The notes under the pieces were generated by a model. The model did not search any database, had not been told where the DNA came from, and saw nothing but the letters and a program-made list of their open reading frames with translations. Below, piece after piece: positions 39,486-49,286 of a stretch of 64,000 nucleotides of DNA. Positions within the stretch are counted from its first letter, which is position 1, and the number at the start of each line of letters is the position of its first letter. The stretch lies in assembly GCA_021299855.1 (NCBI GenBank), contig JAJTEY010000001.1, forward strand, positions 29,521-93,520, in the 5' to 3' direction. The DNA is from Bacteroidota bacterium (GTDB lineage Bacteria; Bacteroidota; Bacteroidia; Palsa-965). A program made the position numbers and the translations under genes.

Positions 39486-40781
39486 ATGTCCTCCCGTCGC
39501 GATTTTTTACTCAAAGCCGGCTTAAGTACCGGAGCTTTCATGATTCCTTCCGTTTTTGAACCCATGTGGTCCAAAGGGTTGGAGCGGCAATTAGAAAAAG
39601 TTCATGGCGTATCTCCCAATCTTGTTGCCGCTGATGAGGATTTCTGGAATTGGGTGCGCGTGAATTATTCAATTAATCCAAACCTAATCAATTTGAACAA
39701 TGGTGGCGTGAGTCCACAACCTTTGCCGGTTCAGGAAACGCATATCCGATTTTACAAACACGCTAACGAAGGACCGTCCTATTTCATGTGGAGAGAAATG
39801 GACAAAGGACGGGAACCATTGCGGAAAAGGTTGGCAGAAATCGCAGGTGTAAATCCTGAAGAAGTTGCCATTAACCGCAATGCTACAGAAGGATTAAACA
39901 GCATAATTTTCGGATTAAATCTGAAAGCGGGCGATGAAGTCGTATTGTGCAAGTACGACTATCCCAACATGATTAATGCATGGAAACAGCGTGAAAAAAG
40001 AGACGGCATAAAACTCGTTTGGATTGATCTGAATATACCTGCTGAGAATGAAACCGAAATTGTAAATGCTTACACTGCAGCATTTACGGACAAAACAAAA
40101 ATCGTTCACATTACACACATGATTAATTGGACGGGACAAATAGTACCTGTTCGAAAAATTGCGGATAAAGCGCATGCCAAAAACATTGAAGTCCTGTGTG
40201 ACAGCGCCCATACTTTTGGGCATTTTGAATACACCATTACTGAATTGGGTTGTGATTATTGGGCGACGAGCCTACACAAATGGATGTGTGCACCGTTCGG
40301 TACGGGAATGATGTGGATTCGCAAAGAAAAAATTGCGAATGTTTGGGCGTTGTTATCGGCCCCGGAGCCGGATGGGAAAGATATTAGAAAGTTCGAGTCT
40401 TTGGGGACGCGTTCGTTTGCAGCAGAGATGGCAGCCGCCTCCGCTCTTGACTTTCATCAACTAATTGGCGGAGCGAGAAAAGAAGCACGTCTGCGATATT
40501 TGAAAAATTACTGGTTGGATAAAGCTTCGAAAATTCCGGGCATAATTAAATTTACCTCTACGTTACCTGCATTTTCATGTGCTCTTGCCAACGTGGGTAT
40601 TGAAGGTGTAACACCGGAAGAAATTGAGCGCAAATTGTTGGAGAAATACCGTATTCACTGTGTCGCCATCAAATGGGAAAAGGTTAATGGTGTGCGCATA
40701 ACACCAAATGTGTACACGTCTCTTCAGGATCTTGATTTGCTGGTAAAGGGTCTTTCAGAAATTACTCAAGAACGAAAATGA
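39486..40781 (+). CDS. class-V aminotransferase-fold PLP-dependent enzyme with a twin-arginine (Tat) signal peptide
   Basis: MSSRRDFLLKAGLSTGAFMIPS contains the Tat motif S-R-R-x-F-L-K. The PLP-lysine region is ATSLHKWMCAPFGTGMMW. The fold resembles the isopenicillin-N-epimerase / cysteine-desulfurase-like enzymes. Confidence 0.75.
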   Translation: MSSRRDFLLKAGLSTGAFMIPSVFEPMWSKGLERQLEKVHGVSPNLVAADEDFWNWVRVNYSINPNLINLNNGGVSPQPLPVQETHIRFYKHANEGPSYFMWREMDKGREPLRKRLAEIAGVNPEEVAINRNATEGLNSIIFGLNLKAGDEVVLCKYDYPNMINAWKQREKRDGIKLVWIDLNIPAENETEIVNAYTAAFTDKTKIVHITHMINWTGQIVPVRKIADKAHAKNIEVLCDSAHTFGHFEYTITELGCDYWATSLHKWMCAPFGTGMMWIRKEKIANVWALLSAPEPDGKDIRKFESLGTRSFAAEMAAASALDFHQLIGGARKEARLRYLKNYWLDKASKIPGIIKFTSTLPAFSCALANVGIEGVTPEEIERKLLEKYRIHCVAIKWEKVNGVRITPNVYTSLQDLDLLVKGLSEITQERK

Positions 40782-41236
40782 AGAAGGCAATTTTTATTGT
40801 GTTAGCTGCTGTTAGTATTACAACATTAGTTTGGGTAATTATTAAAAATCCGGACTCGAAAATTGTTGTACATACCAACTCAGTTCCGCAGCCCATCGGG
40901 CCTTACAGCCAAGCGGTTGTTCACGATAATACCATCTATGTATCAGGACAAATTGCATTGAATCCGAAAACAGGGCAATTAGATACAACTTCCATTCAAG
41001 CTGAGACAAAGCAAGTCATGAATAACATTCGTGGAATTCTTGCAGCTTCCGGACTTGAAATGAAACACATTCTCAAAGCCACCATTTACCTGACCGATAT
41101 AAAGTTCTTTCCGCAAGTAAATGAAGTTTACGGTGCATTTTTTAACGATAAAAACTATCCGGCACGTGAGACAATTGCTGTAAAAGCCTTGCCTAAAGGG
41201 GCACGAATAGAAATAAGTGTTAGTGCGGGATTCTAA
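40778..41236 (+). CDS. RidA-family (YjgF/TdcF) reactive-intermediate deaminase with an N-terminal signal/anchor
   Basis: PIGPYSQAVVHDNTIYVSGQIALNP and ARETIAVKALPKGARIEI are RidA signatures. N-terminus MKKAIFIVLAAVSITTLVWVII. It overlaps the upstream stop by 4 nt (ATGA). Confidence 0.8.
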   Translation: MKKAIFIVLAAVSITTLVWVIIKNPDSKIVVHTNSVPQPIGPYSQAVVHDNTIYVSGQIALNPKTGQLDTTSIQAETKQVMNNIRGILAASGLEMKHILKATIYLTDIKFFPQVNEVYGAFFNDKNYPARETIAVKALPKGARIEISVSAGF

Positions 41237-41344
41237 AAAAATGGGAAGGTTAGATGGACCATCTCTTTTTTTATTTTTCTTTCTGTTTATTTTGAAGGCT
41301 AAAATTCGTGAATGACGTATCTTTACCCCTGAAACTACCGAATT

Positions 41345-43006
41345 ATGTCGCAGGCAAAAGAAATTTCCGGCTCAAAAATGAATCTAGAATTCAACAAGAA
41401 TGAAGACGGTATGAAGTTGCTCATTTCTAATTTGCAACGAAAGTTGGAAAAAGTGGCGGAAGGTGGCGGAAAGGGCCGCATTGCCAAACTTCACGAACAA
41501 GGTAAATTAACTGCCCGTGAGCGTATCGCTTATTTGCTTGACGAAAATGCCCCATCCATTGAAATTGGAGCCTTTGCCGGAGAAGACATGTACGAAGAGC
41601 ATGGCGGTTGTCCTGCAGGCGGTGTTGTGATTGTAATTGGTTATGTGCGTGGCAAACAATGCATAGTTGTAGCGAATGATGCAACGGTTAAAGCTGGTGC
41701 ATGGTTTCCTATTACGGGTAAGAAGAACTTACGCGCGCAGGAAATTGCGATGGAAAATCGTTTACCAATAATTTATTTGGTAGATAGTGCCGGCGTGTAT
41801 TTGCCTATGCAGGATGAAATCTTTCCTGATAAAGAACACTTTGGTCGAATTTTCCGAAACAATGCGATCATGTCCTCTGAAGGGATCGTACAAATTGCAG
41901 CCATTATGGGCTCCTGTGTCGCAGGTGGCGCTTATCTGCCCATTATGAGCGATGAAGCTTTAATTGTAGACAAGACCGGCACTATTTTCCTTGCAGGAAG
42001 TTATCTGGTTAAAGCTGCGATCGGTGAATCAATTGATAATGAAACACTCGGCGGTGCTACGACACACTGCGAAATTTCAGGAGTAACAGACTATAAATGC
42101 AGTGACGATAAAGATTGTCTAGATCGCATTAAAAATATTCTAGATAAAATTGGTTCCTACGAAAAAGCCGGTTTCGACCGAATTGCGGGCAAAGCTCCGG
42201 CGAAGGAAGCGAAAGAAATTCTAGGAATTATTCCGGATACTCGCGATAAGGCCTACGACATGCATGAAATTATCGATCGTTTGGTTGATGCGGATTCGTT
42301 CGAAGAATACAAAAAACTCTACGGTCAATCTATCGTGTGCGGATATGCACGGGTGGATGGTTGGGCTGTAGGAATTGTTGCTAATCAGCGTAAGGTAGTG
42401 AAGAGTAAAAAAGGCGAAATGCAATTCGGGGGAGTTATTTATTCCGACTCAGCCGATAAAGCCGCGCGTTTCATCATGAATTGTAATCAGAAGAAAATTC
42501 CGTTGGTGTTTTTGCAAGATGCTACCGGATTTATGGTAGGCTCGCGCTCGGAACATGGCGGCATCATTAAAGACGGAGCGAAAATGGTGAATGCCATGAG
42601 CAATTCGGTTGTTCCTAAATTTACGATCATCGTTGGAAATTCTTTTGGTGCAGCTAATTATGCCATGTGCGGTAAAGCATACGATCCGCGACTTATCGTT
42701 GGATGGCCGACGGCACAAATCGCAGTGATGGGCGGAGCGCAAGCAGCAAAAACGTTACTTCAAATTCAGGTTAGTACATTGAAAGCGAAAGGTGAAGAAA
42801 TTACTCCTGAAGACGAAAAGGCTTTGCTGGATAAGATTACACAGCGTTACGAAAAACAAACTACACCATATTACGCTGCGGCACGATTATGGATAGATGC
42901 TATCATAAATCCATTGGATACACGCAAGTGGATTTCAATGGGTATAGAAATGGCAGACCACAGCCCGATTAAGAAACGTTACAATGTTGGAGTTATACAA
43001 TCATAA
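41345..43006 (+). CDS. acyl-CoA carboxylase carboxyltransferase (beta) subunit (propionyl/methylcrotonyl-CoA carboxylase family)
   Basis: 553 aa. N-terminal RIAKLHEQGKLTARERIAYLLDE and duplicated crotonase-like CT domains. Confidence 0.8.
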   Translation: MSQAKEISGSKMNLEFNKNEDGMKLLISNLQRKLEKVAEGGGKGRIAKLHEQGKLTARERIAYLLDENAPSIEIGAFAGEDMYEEHGGCPAGGVVIVIGYVRGKQCIVVANDATVKAGAWFPITGKKNLRAQEIAMENRLPIIYLVDSAGVYLPMQDEIFPDKEHFGRIFRNNAIMSSEGIVQIAAIMGSCVAGGAYLPIMSDEALIVDKTGTIFLAGSYLVKAAIGESIDNETLGGATTHCEISGVTDYKCSDDKDCLDRIKNILDKIGSYEKAGFDRIAGKAPAKEAKEILGIIPDTRDKAYDMHEIIDRLVDADSFEEYKKLYGQSIVCGYARVDGWAVGIVANQRKVVKSKKGEMQFGGVIYSDSADKAARFIMNCNQKKIPLVFLQDATGFMVGSRSEHGGIIKDGAKMVNAMSNSVVPKFTIIVGNSFGAANYAMCGKAYDPRLIVGWPTAQIAVMGGAQAAKTLLQIQVSTLKAKGEEITPEDEKALLDKITQRYEKQTTPYYAAARLWIDAIINPLDTRKWISMGIEMADHSPIKKRYNVGVIQS

Positions 43007-43007
43007 A

Positions 43008-43838
43008 ATGAATCGCATGAAAAAATTAGTTGCTGCACTCGGAATAGTCTCTTTGCTAACAGGATCCTGGATCGCGTATTCTTCGTTTACGGCGGTTCAA
43101 ACGGATAATCGTTACATCATCGCATGTTTTCAAAAAGTAAAAGAAACCTCATCAGGTTCATACTTCAGAACGCAGGAATGGTCTGCGCTTGCAAATAAGA
43201 TCAAGGAAAAAAAGGAAGATGGCTCACACCTCGTTGGGGTTGGTCATCACGCGTATTCCTGGATTGGTATTTTTATGAATTCTGATCATATTTCCAATTC
43301 AACATTCGTTATGGCTGAAGAGGTGGAAGAATTGAAAATAAAAATTCGCGAGAAATGGGATGCCGGCTGGAATTTGGTCAACATCGATTACTTCAAAGGT
43401 CAATGGGTGGCTGTTTTATTAAAAGACAGCGACTACGAAGACAGTGGTTATGCATTCAAAAATTCGTTGGATGATTTCAAAACTTCCATTGACAACATGT
43501 GGGAGAAAGACATTTACTTGGCAGATGTAGCTTATGCTCAAGGATTTTGGGTAGGAGCTTTTGTGAAGAGCAAACGTCAAACAAAAAATGCGTACATCAT
43601 CCGCGAATCATGGGATGAATTGCGTCCCGCGATCAAAGAAAAATTTGATGTAGGATATCAGTTATTATCCGTTCAATACGGCGATGGTTCTTGGTTCGCA
43701 ACTTTAGCTGTTGATGATAACATCACCGCAAGTGCTGTAAACAAATGTGAAACGCTCGACGATTTCATGGAAAAATACGAAGAGCGAAAAGAGAACGGAT
43801 ACAAGCTGGTTAGTTTCGCATCGCGCCTCGAAAACTAA
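43008..43838 (+). CDS. hypothetical secreted/membrane-anchored protein with four internal ~45-aa Trp-containing repeats
   Basis: N-terminal hydrophobic segment KKLVAALGIVSLLTG. Repeats such as W.AGWNLVNIDYFKGQWVAVLLKD, YLADVAYAQGFWVGAFVKS and GYQLLSVQYGDGSWFATLAVDD. Confidence 0.5.
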   Translation: MNRMKKLVAALGIVSLLTGSWIAYSSFTAVQTDNRYIIACFQKVKETSSGSYFRTQEWSALANKIKEKKEDGSHLVGVGHHAYSWIGIFMNSDHISNSTFVMAEEVEELKIKIREKWDAGWNLVNIDYFKGQWVAVLLKDSDYEDSGYAFKNSLDDFKTSIDNMWEKDIYLADVAYAQGFWVGAFVKSKRQTKNAYIIRESWDELRPAIKEKFDVGYQLLSVQYGDGSWFATLAVDDNITASAVNKCETLDDFMEKYEERKENGYKLVSFASRLEN

Positions 43839-43848
43839 ATCAATACAA

Positions 43849-45561
43849 TTATTGTTTGATCAATCGTTGACCGTTCGACATACGTCCGTTCGCTTCAACG
43901 GTCAGCACATACATTCCCGCATTTAATGCGCTCACATCCAAACGTTGTGTAGTTATTCCACCGTTTGCACTGTGGGTAACACGAGATACCATTCTGCCGC
44001 TCAAATCGGTAATCGTAACTTGTACTTGCGAAGCACCTGATGCATCAAACTGAATCTGAACTTCATTTTGCGCAGGATTCGGAACTAGTGGCGCCAACTG
44101 TAAATTACCGGTCGTTGCAGGAAAAACAGATGTTGTCAAACAATAGTTCTCCATGGCAAGCACAGATCTGTATACATTTAATCGTCCGCCCGTTACGCAT
44201 AAACCATTAAGAGACGACAGCACATCAACAGAATCCAGAACCATATCACGCACAATCGCAGCAAAACTATCCGGATACATTTTGTAATCATTAATAAACG
44301 CAGGACATCCCGCAGATAACACCAATGCAACAGCACCTGCAACGTGAGGTGTAGCCATTGATGTTCCAGACAACGTATTGTAACCGTTATTGTTGGTTGT
44401 AGACAGAATTGACGAACCGGGCGCTCCAAGATCAATGGTTGTTGCTCCATAACCTGCTCCCGTTGTTTTGACATCAAAACGCGTTGTATTCGTAACCGCA
44501 ATCATGTAAGAACTTGCACATGCGGTTGGAATATCACCCACATTGTCAATATTCCAATTCTGATTGGCTGTAGCCGCTGCAGATAAGATACCATATACGC
44601 CCATAGAATCGTACATCGCACACCAAATCGGGTAATTGGCCGGTTGACCACCATCTACACCAAAAGATGAATTTGTGCTTACTACAAATGCTCCTGCAGC
44701 ACCGAATGATTGATTATACAGCTTACGTTGGTCCAACGCATACGAATAAGCTTCCACTACTTCGGCCTCATCTCCTGAAGAACCCATAATCGCCATCACT
44801 TTCACGCCCCAGTTTACGCCAACGACACCAAGATTATTATTACCACGTGCACCCACTGTTCCCGCTACGTGCGTTCCATGATTGTCTGAAGTTATATTAC
44901 CATTGCTATTGTAGGCATTCCAACCGTTGAAGTCATCGATATATCCATTATTGTCATCATCAATTCCGTTGTTCGGAATTTCATTATAGTTCTTCCAATA
45001 ATTCAAATCCTGGTGACTTAATGAAAATCCGCCATCAATCACTGCAACAACAATCGTGTCACCGGTTGCTGTTAATCCACCTGTCGTAATATCCCAGGCA
45101 TCTGTTGCGTCAATATCTGCGTCAATTGTTCCTCCGTTCTGACCTGTATTTTTCATGTCCCACATGGTTCCAAATTGGGTATCATTCGGAACAGTTTCAC
45201 GCGGTGCTACATAATGGTTAAACTGCGCCATCTGCAACGTCGAGCATGATTTCGCAGCACTCAACAACGACTCCATCCCTACTCCATCCGTAAAAGTCAA
45301 TTTCCAAATGCGCATATTTTTAGAAGCCAACTCAGCGTTCACCAATGCAAATCCAGCTTTCGCAAAATCCTCCTGCACATCTCCTAAAGACGCGTCAGGC
45401 TTAAACATGACAAGCAATTGATTAGGCACATAACTTCCCGGATTGATGATAACCGGAAATTGCGGAACCGGCGCGTCAACTACCGGATTAGTGGCTAATG
45501 GAGCTTGCGCAAGCAGCGCAACACAAACAAACTGGGAAATAAAGAAGGAAATCTTTTTCAT
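43849..45561 (-). CDS. subtilisin-like S8 serine peptidase with a T9SS type-A C-terminal sorting domain
   Basis: Catalytic triad motifs: VAVIDGG (Asp), HGTHVAGTV (His), GTSMATPHVAGAVAL (Ser). C-terminal LVPNPAQNEVQIQFDAS...GMYVLTVEANGRMSNGQRLIKQ. Confidence 0.85.
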   Translation of the reverse strand: MKKISFFISQFVCVALLAQAPLATNPVVDAPVPQFPVIINPGSYVPNQLLVMFKPDASLGDVQEDFAKAGFALVNAELASKNMRIWKLTFTDGVGMESLLSAAKSCSTLQMAQFNHYVAPRETVPNDTQFGTMWDMKNTGQNGGTIDADIDATDAWDITTGGLTATGDTIVVAVIDGGFSLSHQDLNYWKNYNEIPNNGIDDDNNGYIDDFNGWNAYNSNGNITSDNHGTHVAGTVGARGNNNLGVVGVNWGVKVMAIMGSSGDEAEVVEAYSYALDQRKLYNQSFGAAGAFVVSTNSSFGVDGGQPANYPIWCAMYDSMGVYGILSAAATANQNWNIDNVGDIPTACASSYMIAVTNTTRFDVKTTGAGYGATTIDLGAPGSSILSTTNNNGYNTLSGTSMATPHVAGAVALVLSAGCPAFINDYKMYPDSFAAIVRDMVLDSVDVLSSLNGLCVTGGRLNVYRSVLAMENYCLTTSVFPATTGNLQLAPLVPNPAQNEVQIQFDASGASQVQVTITDLSGRMVSRVTHSANGGITTQRLDVSALNAGMYVLTVEANGRMSNGQRLIKQ

Positions 45562-45635
45562 GAATTAGTGTTGAGTACTAACAAATATAACATTCTCAAA
45601 GTGCAAATCCTCCTCCACATTGTTAACTTTATCAG

Positions 45636-48600
45636 GTGACATTCGCGATTTACAAATCCTCAGCCGGATCCGGAAAGACATTTACCCTTGTCAAAGAGTA
45701 TTTGACGATTGCTCTTTCCGATTCAGCTCAAAATTCAAGAAAATTCAAGAAAATTCTGGCGATTACCTTTACCAATAAAGCCGCCGGAGAGTTGAAGGAA
45801 CGTGTTATCAAAGCGTTGGTCGAACTAAGCAATTCTCCGGGCAAGCGCTCAACCCTTGCCCGTGTATTAGAAGATGAAATGAAATTGGATGGCGCGGAAC
45901 TACAACGCCGTTCAAAAAATCTCTTACACGAGATACTTCATCATTATAATGATTTCAGCATCAGTACCATTGATAGCTTTACACACCGCGTCGTTCGGGC
46001 GTTTGCGCATGACCTGAATTTACCTCAGAATTTCGAGCTGGAATTGGATGCAGAAGAAATGACAGCAGAAGCGGTAAACGTGTTGATGTCGCGGTTAGTT
46101 GCAAAGGACAGTATCCTCGAATTACTAAGACAATTCAGCGAATCACGTGTTGATGAAGAGCGCGGATGGCAAGTGGATGATGAATTGAAAAAATTCACTA
46201 ACCACCTCTTAAACGAAGAAGGATTTTTGCGGTTGATGAAAATCCGTGCGTTGGAAATTGAGGATTTTATTGGTATTTATAAAAAGATACGTGCAGCACA
46301 GGATAGCTTTTCAAAACAAATAGCGCAACTGTCTGATGAGGCCATCAGGTATTGTAACCGATTTCAATTAAAAGCTGAAGATTTCTACCAGGGAAAAAAG
46401 GGAATCTTTAATTGGTTCAGAAAATTAAACGAAGAGCAGGACGGTATAACGTTATTGGCCCGCAACAGCTACGTCACAGATACCATTATCAATGATCGAT
46501 GGTTGTCGGCCTCTAAAAAAGATCAACCGGAAATGCAAGTGCATATTCGTGAACTCGCCGGCATTGTGCGAAAGTTAATTGCTTTGGATGCAGATGCGGC
46601 GCTTTACATTACGCGTAAGCAAATTGCACGGAACATTTTCGCATTGGCCTTACTGCGCGAAATTGATCGCATCATGGAGGAATTCCGTACACAGGATGGC
46701 ATTGTACACATTTCGGAATTCAACAAGCGTATTGCCGAAATTGTAAATACGGAGCCGGTACCTTTCATTTTCGAACGTATAGGTGAACGTTTTGACAACT
46801 TCATGATTGACGAATTTCAAGATACGTCATCACTACAATGGCTTAATCTTGTTCCGTTAATTGAAAACGGACTCGCCTCGGGCCATCAATCCATAGTTGT
46901 TGGCGATGGCAAACAAGCGATTTACCGTTGGCGTGGAGGCGATATCGAACAGTTTAATGCATTGCCAAAACTTAAAGACGCAGAGGAGAACCCAATCTTA
47001 CGCGAGCGGGAAAAAGCATTAGGACGTAACGCTCAGGAAGTACTGCTAGGAAGCAACTACAGAAGTGCTGCAGAAATAGTGTCGTTCAACAATATGTTCT
47101 TTGAGCAATGTGCGAACTTGTTACATTCTGAATTACAGAAAATTTATCATAACGCTGCACAAGTTGCCGGTTCAGGAAAGGCAGACGGCTATATAGAATT
47201 GCAAGCACTGGAACTATCAAAAGAAGAAGATAAACATGCAGATGCTACGTTAGCTGCAGTTATAAAACTGCATACTGAAGGTTGGGCATATCGGGACATT
47301 ACCATATTGGTTCGAAAAAACGATGAAGGTGCTGTATTGGCTCAATTGCTGACGCAGCATCAGATTCCGATTATTTCGAATGAATCATTATTGTTGATTC
47401 ACGAACCGAAAGTACAATTACTGGCTGCTTTGTTGCAGTGGCTAGAGCAAAAAGAGAATAAAGAGCTCATGCTCGAAATTATAACCGCGCTTACCATTTC
47501 TAATCCGGAACATCATGTGTCGCATGAAATGTTGGAGACAGGTTTACGCTCATCTTCCTCGTTTGCAGCTTTATTGCAACAACTAGTTCCGGAATTACAG
47601 TTCCGGGAATTACAGTTGTTATCGGTATATCGGCGTGGTGAAAAATTAAAGCAATGGTTATTTGGTCAATCGCTGAATGATACATACGTCAATTTCTTCC
47701 TTGACGAATTATTCCGATTTACCATTAACCGTAAATCGGGAAAAATAAGTTTTGCCGAATGGTGGGAAAAACGGAGTCAAAAAGCTGCTGTCGGGGCATC
47801 TGAGGGTATCGATGCCGTTCGGATAATGACCATACACAAATCAAAAGGATTGGAATTTCCTGTAGTAATAATGCCTTACGTTAACTGGAAACACAGTTTT
47901 AGATTAACCGACTTATGGGTTGATCTGAATGACCCATTAGTTCCGGAATTAAAAGTCGCTGTGGTCAACAATACCAGAGAGATGTTGTTGAGTTCAGTCG
48001 AAGAAGCGATTGTTCGGGAGAATGACAAGATCTTGTTGGATAACTTGAACTTGCTTTATGTAGGAATGACGAGAGCCGAAAGACGCCTATATGTTTTCTA
48101 CGATGATGTAACGATGAAGGATGATAACATCACCACAGCATCGCATGTAGTTAAGAAAGCATTAGCGAATTTGGCAATTACAACAGAACAGGGAATTTCG
48201 ACTTACGGTACACCTACTGCACCAACACACGATCAGGAAAAAACGATTGCAAGTCACGCACTGCCGTACAATAAAGCCGATAATTGGGAACACCAACTCA
48301 AAATCTATTCCCGCAGTGCAGAAGAATGGGACGATAATATGCAACCACGCCGCATGGGTAAACTGTTGCATTATTTGCTGGAACAAACATTGCTGTTAAA
48401 TGATGTTAATGCTGCTTTACGCAAAGCTATTCATCTGGGTAAAATGACTTCCGAGATGCAGCAGGAATTGAAAAATCGGTTGAATGAAATTTTCGCCATG
48501 ACCGATTTTAAATCCATTCTCGAAAGTGGAACTTGTCTCCCGGAAGTCGAACTGATCGGTACAGACGGCAGCATTTTACGACCTGATCTTGTTATTAAAA

Positions 48601-48767
48601 AAACAAATGAGCTTATCATTATTGATTACAAAACCGGTGAACCTAATGATTCGTATAAACAGCAGGTGGAGCAATATGCAGCTCGCTTTCGACAAATGAA
48701 TTATTCCTCTATTTCCTGTGGAATCCTTTACACCACAAAGTTGCAATTGCAGCTGTGGAACTATTAA
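45636..48767 (+). CDS. AddA/RecB-like ATP-dependent helicase fused to a C-terminal PD-(D/E)xK nuclease domain
   Basis: Walker A SSAGSGKT. UvrD motif Ia ILAITFTNKAAGEL. C-terminal nuclease motif ILRPDLVIKKTNELIIIDYKTGE. Confidence 0.8.
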   Translation: MTFAIYKSSAGSGKTFTLVKEYLTIALSDSAQNSRKFKKILAITFTNKAAGELKERVIKALVELSNSPGKRSTLARVLEDEMKLDGAELQRRSKNLLHEILHHYNDFSISTIDSFTHRVVRAFAHDLNLPQNFELELDAEEMTAEAVNVLMSRLVAKDSILELLRQFSESRVDEERGWQVDDELKKFTNHLLNEEGFLRLMKIRALEIEDFIGIYKKIRAAQDSFSKQIAQLSDEAIRYCNRFQLKAEDFYQGKKGIFNWFRKLNEEQDGITLLARNSYVTDTIINDRWLSASKKDQPEMQVHIRELAGIVRKLIALDADAALYITRKQIARNIFALALLREIDRIMEEFRTQDGIVHISEFNKRIAEIVNTEPVPFIFERIGERFDNFMIDEFQDTSSLQWLNLVPLIENGLASGHQSIVVGDGKQAIYRWRGGDIEQFNALPKLKDAEENPILREREKALGRNAQEVLLGSNYRSAAEIVSFNNMFFEQCANLLHSELQKIYHNAAQVAGSGKADGYIELQALELSKEEDKHADATLAAVIKLHTEGWAYRDITILVRKNDEGAVLAQLLTQHQIPIISNESLLLIHEPKVQLLAALLQWLEQKENKELMLEIITALTISNPEHHVSHEMLETGLRSSSSFAALLQQLVPELQFRELQLLSVYRRGEKLKQWLFGQSLNDTYVNFFLDELFRFTINRKSGKISFAEWWEKRSQKAAVGASEGIDAVRIMTIHKSKGLEFPVVIMPYVNWKHSFRLTDLWVDLNDPLVPELKVAVVNNTREMLLSSVEEAIVRENDKILLDNLNLLYVGMTRAERRLYVFYDDVTMKDDNITTASHVVKKALANLAITTEQGISTYGTPTAPTHDQEKTIASHALPYNKADNWEHQLKIYSRSAEEWDDNMQPRRMGKLLHYLLEQTLLLNDVNAALRKAIHLGKMTSEMQQELKNRLNEIFAMTDFKSILESGTCLPEVELIGTDGSILRPDLVIKKTNELIIIDYKTGEPNDSYKQQVEQYAARFRQMNYSSISCGILYTTKLQLQLWNY

Positions 48768-48794
48768 CTTTGAGATGTTTATTCCACTTTTATT

Positions 48795-49283
48795 ATGGCC
48801 TCTTTCGACATTACCTCCAAACTCGATCCGCAAACTCTGGACAATGCAATAAATTCCGCACGCAAAGAAATTTTAGGACGATTTGATTTCAAGGGAAGTG
48901 CAACCACCATTGAATTGAATAAGAAGGATATGGTTTTGAATATACATACCGAAGATGAAATGAGATTGAAATCCATCATCGACGTTATTCGCATGCGAAT
49001 GATCAAACAAAGTCTCGATCCGCGGAGTTTAGATGAGGGAAAGGCGATAGAAGCTTCGGGTAATACAATTCGTAAAGACATCAAGATTAAGCAGGGAATT
49101 GATAAAGACGCGGCGCGAAAAATAATGAAGGACATCAAAGACTCCAAACTGAAAGTTACCGCCCAGCAAATGGACGATCAGATTCGAGTGACCGGTAAAA
49201 AAATTGACGATTTACAAGCGGTAATGACTGTGCTGCGTGGTAACGATTATGATTTACCCTTGCAGTTCGGAAACTTCAAGTAG
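48795..49283 (+). CDS. yajQ: YajQ-family (UPF0234) nucleotide/c-di-GMP-binding protein
   Basis: MASFDITSKLDPQTLDNAINSARKEILGRFDFKG and the overall 162-aa YajQ pattern. Confidence 0.85.
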   Translation: MASFDITSKLDPQTLDNAINSARKEILGRFDFKGSATTIELNKKDMVLNIHTEDEMRLKSIIDVIRMRMIKQSLDPRSLDEGKAIEASGNTIRKDIKIKQGIDKDAARKIMKDIKDSKLKVTAQQMDDQIRVTGKKIDDLQAVMTVLRGNDYDLPLQFGNFK

Positions 49284-49286
49284 TAT

